Assembly: GCF_006345805.1 (NCBI RefSeq)
Contig: NW_021825246.1
Location: forward strand, 1-16,302
DNA length: 16,302 bases
Direction of reading: 5' to 3'
Source: Octopus sinensis
Lineage: Eukaryota
This document shows, one piece after another, positions 9,783 through 16,302 of the stretch. The notes below the pieces were generated by a model. The model saw only the letters and a program-made list of their open reading frames with translations. It ran no database searches and was not told where the DNA came from. The position numbers and the translations under genes were made by a program. Position 1 is the first letter of the stretch. Each line of letters starts with the position of its first letter.

Positions 9783-11198
9783 ATATATATATATATTTCG
9801 TTTTGGGAATTGGTTTGCAAGATGCTTTATATGAGTTCGTGTGTTGAAGCATATTCTGTTGTGTCTGGGGAGAGTCATTTTTTGGTGCCTTATTATGTAA
9901 CACACTCACCAGTAAAATTTCCACTTATTTCTTATTTTTATTTTCCTAAAATGTTCGTTGCGTCTTGCAACCTTTTCAATAGTCTTGACTCTCAAGGATA
10001 TTTACGATGGTAAAGAGGAATATTAGAAAATGAGCCATAACACCTCGAGAAACGATACAGGGACCACACGAAAGTTATTGAATGAGCGTGTGTGCTAACG
10101 ATGGTGTGTTACTAAACTCTCTGGTCCGAGTTTGGGTGAGCGAGCATCGTGTAAATAGCGTCGAGGTACAACTTTGTTTTCAGCCGGATTTTCGACCTTA
10201 TTGCAAGCCTCACCGGTTCATCCTCCTAACTTTTTCGGATTCTAGACGTCGAAACAAAGAAAATGATATACTAATCTCGAAAATAGCCGGGGTGGCGCTT
10301 ACGACACTCTGCTACTAAATGTCTCAGATATTAGTAAAAGCTTTTAAAAATTTGAAGTAAAAATAGTTTATCGTCTGTCTGAGGGTCAAAAACATGTCTG
10401 ACACGTTTTTCACATCGAAATCGGTAATATTATATATTTTCTTAATATAATTTTAATATCATTTTTATTAAATTCTTTCTAAATTGAAATGTCTTAGATT
10501 TAATTTACTTTTGTGCTATTTCCACATCCATCTTTAATATATAAAAATTTGATTTGTATAGATCTCTAATCTTTTTTCAATTAAATATATATATATATGA
10601 GTATGTGCGAATGTGCGTCTCTGCACTAGTATATAACAATTTGACTAAACGAAATATTTTTCACTGAGATTGCCGTTTAACGAATTATAAGAAAAATTTA
10701 TTCGATCATTGATAAATGTCTATGTGAAAGAAAAATAATGAAGAGGGCGAATCTGTTGATTTAACGATATAATTAAATGTAAATAATATTGTCATATTAC
10801 TATAAATGCTTCATACTACATGCATTATATGCGCTACTAAGTGTTTCACGTGCATAACGCACGATCATCAGTACGTTCATCAAGATTACTCTTATTGATT
10901 TTTACACAAATTATTTTCGTGCGTGCGGGTGTGTGTGTGCGTATATATGTGTATATACTATATACCTAAGGGAAAAATTCCCCTTAATATAATTTTGGCG
11001 ATACGTCGTTCCGTTCGTGACCTTCTATCTGAATTTCATGCAATCAAATTACCCGAGTCCTTTCCCTTGACTCATTATATTTTGTAATTATGCAAATCAT
11101 TCATGTTCAGAAAGCTCCGTCACACAATGCTTGGATTATTTGCTTTGTGTTCTTGGTTCGAATTCCTCCAGGATTTGCCTTTCATACTTCCACGGGTC

Positions 11199-11200
<2 letters not shown>

Positions 11201-11249
<49 letters not shown>

Positions 11250-11537
11250 GCCACACTATTTCTTCTTCTCTCTCCCTCTTTGTCTCTTCCTTCTTTCTTC
11301 TCTTCTCTTCTCTCTTTATCTCCCTCTGTCTCTCTCTTGTTTCTTTCTCTCCCTCTTTCTCCCCTCTCTTCCTTTCTATTTACTTCTCTCCCCCTATCAC
11401 CCCTTCCCCCTCTCTCCCCCGTCTCTCATCCTCTCTCTCCCTCCCTTTCTCTCCCACTCTTTCTCCCTTCCTCTCTTCCTGTCTCTTTCCTTCTCTCTCT
11501 ACCCCTCTCTATCTCCCTCTCTCTCTCTCTCTCTCTC
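11201..11537. repeat. Polypyrimidine (CT)-rich tract, ~340 bp
   Basis: Almost purely C/T, with pure (CT)n runs at both ends. Confidence 0.95.
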
Positions 11538-11930
11538 AACACTCCTCCAGCATTTTCCATACACGTCATACAAGAGACAAGTCATTACATGTTTAAAGAA
11601 AGCACACAACCGTATTTGGTTTGTTGCATAAATTCTTTGCAAAAGACAGGATTAATTCTTCAGCTTTGACGACCGAAAATGGCGCGTTTATCACAGACAA
11701 ATAGAGAGAATTATGTGACAGAATTTCCCGATTATGGGCGTAGCAAACAACATAAATAAATTTTACGGCATTAAATCGTTTAAACTGATGTCAGAAGTCT
11801 TTTTTCTTTCTTCGGAAATTGTAGCATAGACGGTAACTGAGCCAATATTTTACCTTGTCTAAAATGGTTGTCGACCATTTTTTTTTACATCCGGGCCCCC
11901 ATAATTACTATTTTATTCTAGTGGACCCTA

Positions 11931-12268
11931 TTTGTTTCAGTCATAAAACTGCGCCCATGTTGGGGCACCACCTTAAAGAATCTTTAGTCCAATGAATCGA
12001 CTCTAGTACTTTTATTCTTTTCTTTTTAAGCCTGGTAGATATTCTATCGTTCTTTTTGGACGAACCGCAAAAATACAGTGACGTAACCACATCAACACTG
12101 GTTACATACAACAGGATTCTTTCAGTTTCCGTCTACAAAACTCAATAGCAAGTCCCATTCACTATGGCTATAGCAGAAGACACTTGCTCAAGGTGTCACT
12201 CAATGGGATTGAAACCAGAACCATGTGGTATGGAAGCAAGCTTCTTACCATGCAACCACACCTGCACC
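11931..12268 (-). mobile_element. Family B SINE, diverged copy (B3)
   Basis: The reverse complement reads GGTGCAGGTGTGGTTGCATGGTAAGAAGCTTGC...CCTTGAGCAAGTGTCTTC...GACGGAAACTGAAAGAATCC...GACTGAAACAAA. It lacks most of the internal microsatellite block. Confidence 0.88.
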
Positions 12269-12298
12269 TGACAAGGTTTTTTCTCCAATTTTTACATA

Positions 12299-12713
12299 GG
12301 TGCAGGAGTGGCTATGTGGTAAGAAGCTTGTTTCCCAACCACATGGTTTCCGGTTCAATCTCACTGCACAGCACCTTGGGCAAATCTCTTCTACTATAGC
12401 CTCAGGCTGACCAAAGCCTTGTAAGTGGGTTTGGTAGACGGAAACTGAAAGAATCCCGTCGTATATATCTGTATATCTATGTTCGTGTTTTGTGCTTTTC
12501 TTTGTAGCCCATCATCGCTCGGCGACTGTAGTGGTTTGTTTACGTCCCTGTAACTTAGTGGTTTTGGCAAAATAGACTGATAGAATAAGTACCGGGCTTG
12601 GTGAGAAAATTAAGACCTGGGGTCAATTTGTTCGACTAAACCCATCAAGGCGGTGCCCCGGCATGGCCGCAGTCCAAGAACAGAAACAAGTGAGAGATCA
12701 ACAATAAAAGATA
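12299..12713 (+). mobile_element. Family B SINE, diverged full-length copy (B4)
   Basis: GGTGCAGGAGTGGCTATGTGGTAAG...GGTTCAATCTC...CCTTGGGCAAAT...GGCGGTGCCCCGGCATGGCCGCAGTC...GAAACAAGT; collinear with B2. The 3' end is approximate. Confidence 0.9.
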
Positions 12714-12739
12714 GCCGAAAACCTATCTTGACCCACATA

Positions 12740-13321
12740 TATTTCTTTACTACCCACAAGGGGCTAAACATAGAGAGGACGAACAAGGACAAACGAACGG
12801 ATTAAGTCGATTACATCGACCCCAGTGCGAAACTGGTACTTTTATTTATCGACCCCGAAAGGATGAAAGGCAAAGTCGACCTCGGCGGAATTTGAACTCA
12901 GAACGAAACGGCAGACGAAATACCTATTTCTTTACTACCCACAAGGGGCGGCTAAACACAGAGAGGACAAACAAGGACAAACAAACGGATTAAGTCGATT
13001 ACATCGAAGTGCGTAACTGGTACTTTTAATCGACCCGAAAGGATGAAAGCAAAATCGACCTCGGCGAATTTGAACTCAAACGAACGGCAGACGAAATACC
13101 TATTCTTTACTACCCACAAGGGGCTAAACCCAGAGGGGACAAAAGGCGACAAACGTTAAGTCGATACATCGACCCCAGTCGAAACTGGTACTTTTATTTA
13201 TCGACCCCGAAAGGATGAAAGGCAAAGTCGACCTCGGCGGAATTTGAACTCAGAACGTAACGACAGACGAAACCGCTAAGCATTCCGCCCGGTGCGCTAA
13301 CGTGTCTGCCAGCTCGCCGCC
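12740..13321 (-). mobile_element. Family A SINE trimer (copy A5) with 15-bp target-site duplication
   Basis: Units 13321-13101, 13100-12925 and 12924-12740. Flanks are ATCTTGACCCACATA (12725-12739) and ATCTTGACTCACATA (13324-13338), with one mismatch. Confidence 0.95.
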
Positions 13322-13615
13322 ACATCTTGACTCACATAGGCAGTTAGTTTCTATGTCAACTGTCCAGTGGTCATCCAAAATCGATATTATTTGGGGATGA
13401 AATGAAGTTAATATTCCGTGACACGTCTCATTTGATTGGTGATATTCGTAACAGTAACTTCATTGGACGGGATCGATAGTCGAAAGTATTATCAAATTCT
13501 AAAGTTACCAAATTGGCTGTGAAACAGGATGTTCTGTAATCTAATCTGACGCAAAAGAACAGAGGTGATGCCATGGCGGGGGGATATAAAATAAATGTTC
13601 CCCTTTATATATATA

Positions 13616-14014
13616 CTAGCAGTACCGCCCGGCGTTGCTCGGGTTTGTAAGGGAAAGTAACTATATAAGCATTTTTAGAGAGTTATAGCCAAAAAATAGC
13701 AAAAAAATGCATTAAAAATGGAAAAAAATGATGGTAATTTTTTTTTGAATCGTTGACTCATCGTAGACATTTTTAGAGAGTTACTTCCCTTATATAATAG
13801 CGAAAAAATGCATTAAAATGGGAAAAAAATGATGGTAAATTTTTTTTTTAAATCGTAGACTCATCGTAGACGCGCGCTAATACCCAGAAGGGCTCGATAT
13901 GAATCACGACTATAAGATACCCGGTTTTGGTTAAACTGCACCGCAAAATGTGGAAGTAGTTAGGAATCTAAATCGTAGGAGACAGACACACAACTTCACT
14001 TTTATATATAAAGA
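13616..14014 (-). mobile_element. Non-autonomous Helitron (~400 bp)
   Basis: The minus strand begins A|TCTTTATATATAAAAG...GTGTGTCTGTCT and ends CCCGAGCAACGCCGGG (hairpin, 13628-13643), 8 nt, CTAG|T. It has the canonical 5'-TC, 3'-CTRR, subterminal GC hairpin and A|T target, with no TSD. Confidence 0.88.
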
Positions 14015-14999
14015 TATCTCCACGTCTTCCCATTCTTCTGGTTTGTAATTCTTGATTCCATTAACATCCGCGATATGGCATTGCAGCTGAGAGATAGATA
14101 CATCTGCTGATATTGAATTCAACAATATCGAAGCACTCGTCTAAATTTCTCAGGAACTGCGAGATCAACCTGACATTTTTTCTGCTGATAAAATCACTAC
14201 ATGTCGTCGCTAACAGGTTGTAAATTGAAATTAAGCAACAACAGGAGAACGTGAAAGAAAATCTTTGATGCGAGCGAGTTCAACGATAAAAGCCGAACAC
14301 GTAATCTTGACATTTATATAGAATCGTTATTTCGGTCAGATATTTCTTTAGTTCTATGGCGTTGCCGATTCTGTCATTGTTGGATCGAAGCTGCAAAGAA
14401 AAACAAAATGTCTAATATTTCTTTATTCCCTTGGCAAAACTTGTTTAAACTGGTGAGGCTTTTGACAACCAAGTCGCATGTCATTTGCAGGAACTTCCGA
14501 TGAAAGAGTCAACGAACTTTCAACTGAATTAAGCTACATGTAAACTGCGATACCCTGCAGTTATGAGAATTTCCGGAATCTACAAAATTAATCCGTGGAT
14601 TAACTCAGCTAAGTACACGAGCAGAAATTGAATAACATCCTTTCAAAACACTCCGGATTTTGCTTTTAAAACGTGCGACATCAGCCTCTTTTGAAAGCTG
14701 GTTTAGTAAGCTGATAAAGGAACAATATCGGGGCAAACACGACACATGGTTACGTGGTGCCCTTAACATGACACAGCATCGAATTGGAACCCGGTCAAAA
14801 TCTTGAAACAAGTCATGTCATATCAAATCTTTGCAAACAAAAGTACATGCAAATAACCTCAGAAAATGTGATCTTTGGTAAATAAATACGAAATCGAAGT
14901 TACAGTCAGTTTTATGTATACACACGTGAACACACACACACACAAACACACACGTTCACAAACACTCATACAAATATATATTTTATACATACATACATA

Positions 15000-15253
15000 G
15001 GCGCCGGAGTGGTTGTGTGGTAAGTAGCTTGCTAACCAACCACATGGTTCCGGGTTCAGTCCCACTACGTGACATCTTGGGCAAGTGTCTTCTGCTATAG
15101 CCCCGGGCCGACCAATGCCTTGTGAGTGGATTTGGTAGGCGGAAACTGAAAGAAGTACTGGGCTTACAAAGAATAAGTCCCGGGGTCGATTTGTTCGACT
15201 AAAGGCGGTGCTCCAGCATGGCCGCAGTCAAATGACTGAAACAAGTAAAAGAG
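15000..15253 (+). mobile_element. Family B SINE with internal deletion (copy B5)
   Basis: Head and tail are intact. GAAAGAAG is joined directly to TACTGGGCTTACAAAG at 15155/15156. Possible TSD: ACATACATA (14991-14999) / ACATTCATA (15254-15262). Confidence 0.93.
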
Positions 15254-15429
15254 ACATTCATATGTATGTTCATATATATACATACGTACGAGTGCATACA
15301 TACATATATTCATGCATACAGATTACAAGTTCAGGTTTATACCTGTAATTATTGGGACATTGAGATATGTAACACACTGCCTAAATTCCAATCTTGAGAA
15401 ATTAAGCTTCTCAAAACCAGAAAGAAGAA

Positions 15430-16028
15430 GGCGGTGAGCCGGCAGAATCGTTAGCACGCCGGGCGAAATGCTTAGCGGTATTTCGTCTGCCGCAGCGTTC
15501 TGAGTTCAAATTCCGCCGAGGTCGACTTTGCGTTTCATCCTTTCGGGGTCGATAAATTAAGTACCAGTTACACACTGGGGTCGATATAATCGACTTAATC
15601 CCTTTGTCTGTCCTTGTTTGTTCTCTCTGTGTTTAGCCCCTTGTGGGTAGTAAAGAAATAGGTATTTCGTCTGCCGTTTCGTTCTGAGTTCAAATTCCGC
15701 CGAGGTCGACTTTGCCTTTCATCCTTTCGGGGTCGATAAATTAAATACCAGTTACGCACTGGGATCAATGTAATCGACTTAAACCGTTTGTCTGTCCTTG
15801 CTTGTCCCCTCTGTGTTTAGCCCCTTGTGGGTGGTAAAGAAATAGGTATTTCGTCTGCCGTTTCGTTCTGAGTTCAAATTCCGCCGAGGTCGACTTTGCC
15901 ATTCATCCTTTCGGGGTCGATAAATTAAGTACCAGTTACGCATTGGGGTCGATGTAATCGACCTAGCCCCTTTGTCTGTCCTTGTTTGTACCCTCTATGT
16001 TTAGCCCCTTGTGGACAATAAAGAAATA
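15430..16028 (+). mobile_element. Family A SINE trimer (copy A6) with 11-bp target-site duplication
   Basis: Units 15430-15660, 15661-15844 and 15845-16028 (184 bp period). AGAAAGAAGAA occurs at 15419-15429 and 16029-16039. Confidence 0.95.
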
Positions 16029-16160
16029 AGAAAGAAGAAAGCTGATCTGATTCGAATGGTTTAACTTTCTGAATCTAATTTAAGAGATGTTGAGGAAGAA
16101 GCGGCGTAGTGGGATCGAAATAAGGACCACTTAGTCACAAATCTACCATATTAACCATAT

Positions 16161-16302
16161 ACTCTTTACTCTTTTACTTGTTTCAGTCATTTGACTGCGG
16201 CCATGCTGGAGCACCGCCTTTAGTCGAGCAAACCGATCCCAGGACTTATTCTTTGTAAGCCCAGTACTTATTCTATCGGTCTCTTTTGCCGAACCGCTAA
16301 GT
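16161..16302 (-). mobile_element. Family B SINE 3' part (copy B6), runs off window end
   Basis: ACTCTTTACTCTTTTACTTGTTTCAGTCATTTGACTGCGGCCATGCTGGAGCACCGCC is the reverse complement of the B2/B5 3' end. Confidence 0.92.

Noticed and set aside
10040-10440. CpG-richer segment, possibly a DNA transposon remnant or promoter
   Set aside because: I found no terminal inverted repeats, TSD or second copy, and the 78-aa ORF is unrecognisable.
11090-11669. Three overlapping Leu/Ser-rich ORFs
   Set aside because: A polypyrimidine tract lacks stop codons in all frames.
14605-14811. Minus-strand ORF with LLNQLSKE...FKSKI, vaguely like a CR1/L2 LINE C-terminus
   Set aside because: Similarity is too short and weak to support without a search.
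15430-16028. Regularly spaced repeats suggesting a CRISPR-like array
   Set aside because: Whole 184-bp units repeat with no unique spacers, there are no cas genes, and the context is eukaryotic.

Overview
AT-rich, non-coding eukaryotic (metazoan) DNA with no credible intact protein-coding gene. The long ORFs in the track are translations of microsatellites or SINEs. From memory, the repeat families resemble those of octopus/coleoid cephalopod genomes; this is an inference and was not checked by search. The window contains (i) six copies of a tRNA-headed SINE 'family A', all head-to-tail multimers of a ~180-184 bp unit, two of them trimers bounded by target-site duplications; (ii) six copies plus one degenerate copy of a second tRNA-headed SINE 'family B' with an internal (TA)/(TG) microsatellite; (iii) a ~400 bp non-autonomous Helitron with canonical termini; (iv) a decayed fragment of an R4/Dong-like non-LTR retrotransposon; (v) a Penelope-type minimal hammerhead-ribozyme-like motif; and (vi) many long simple repeats. 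The most interesting signals are the multimeric SINE that appears to move as a unit with position-specific unit variants and two alternative 3' tails, the variant hammerhead motif, and closely spaced inverted SINE pairs. I found no evidence for a new protein-based system.
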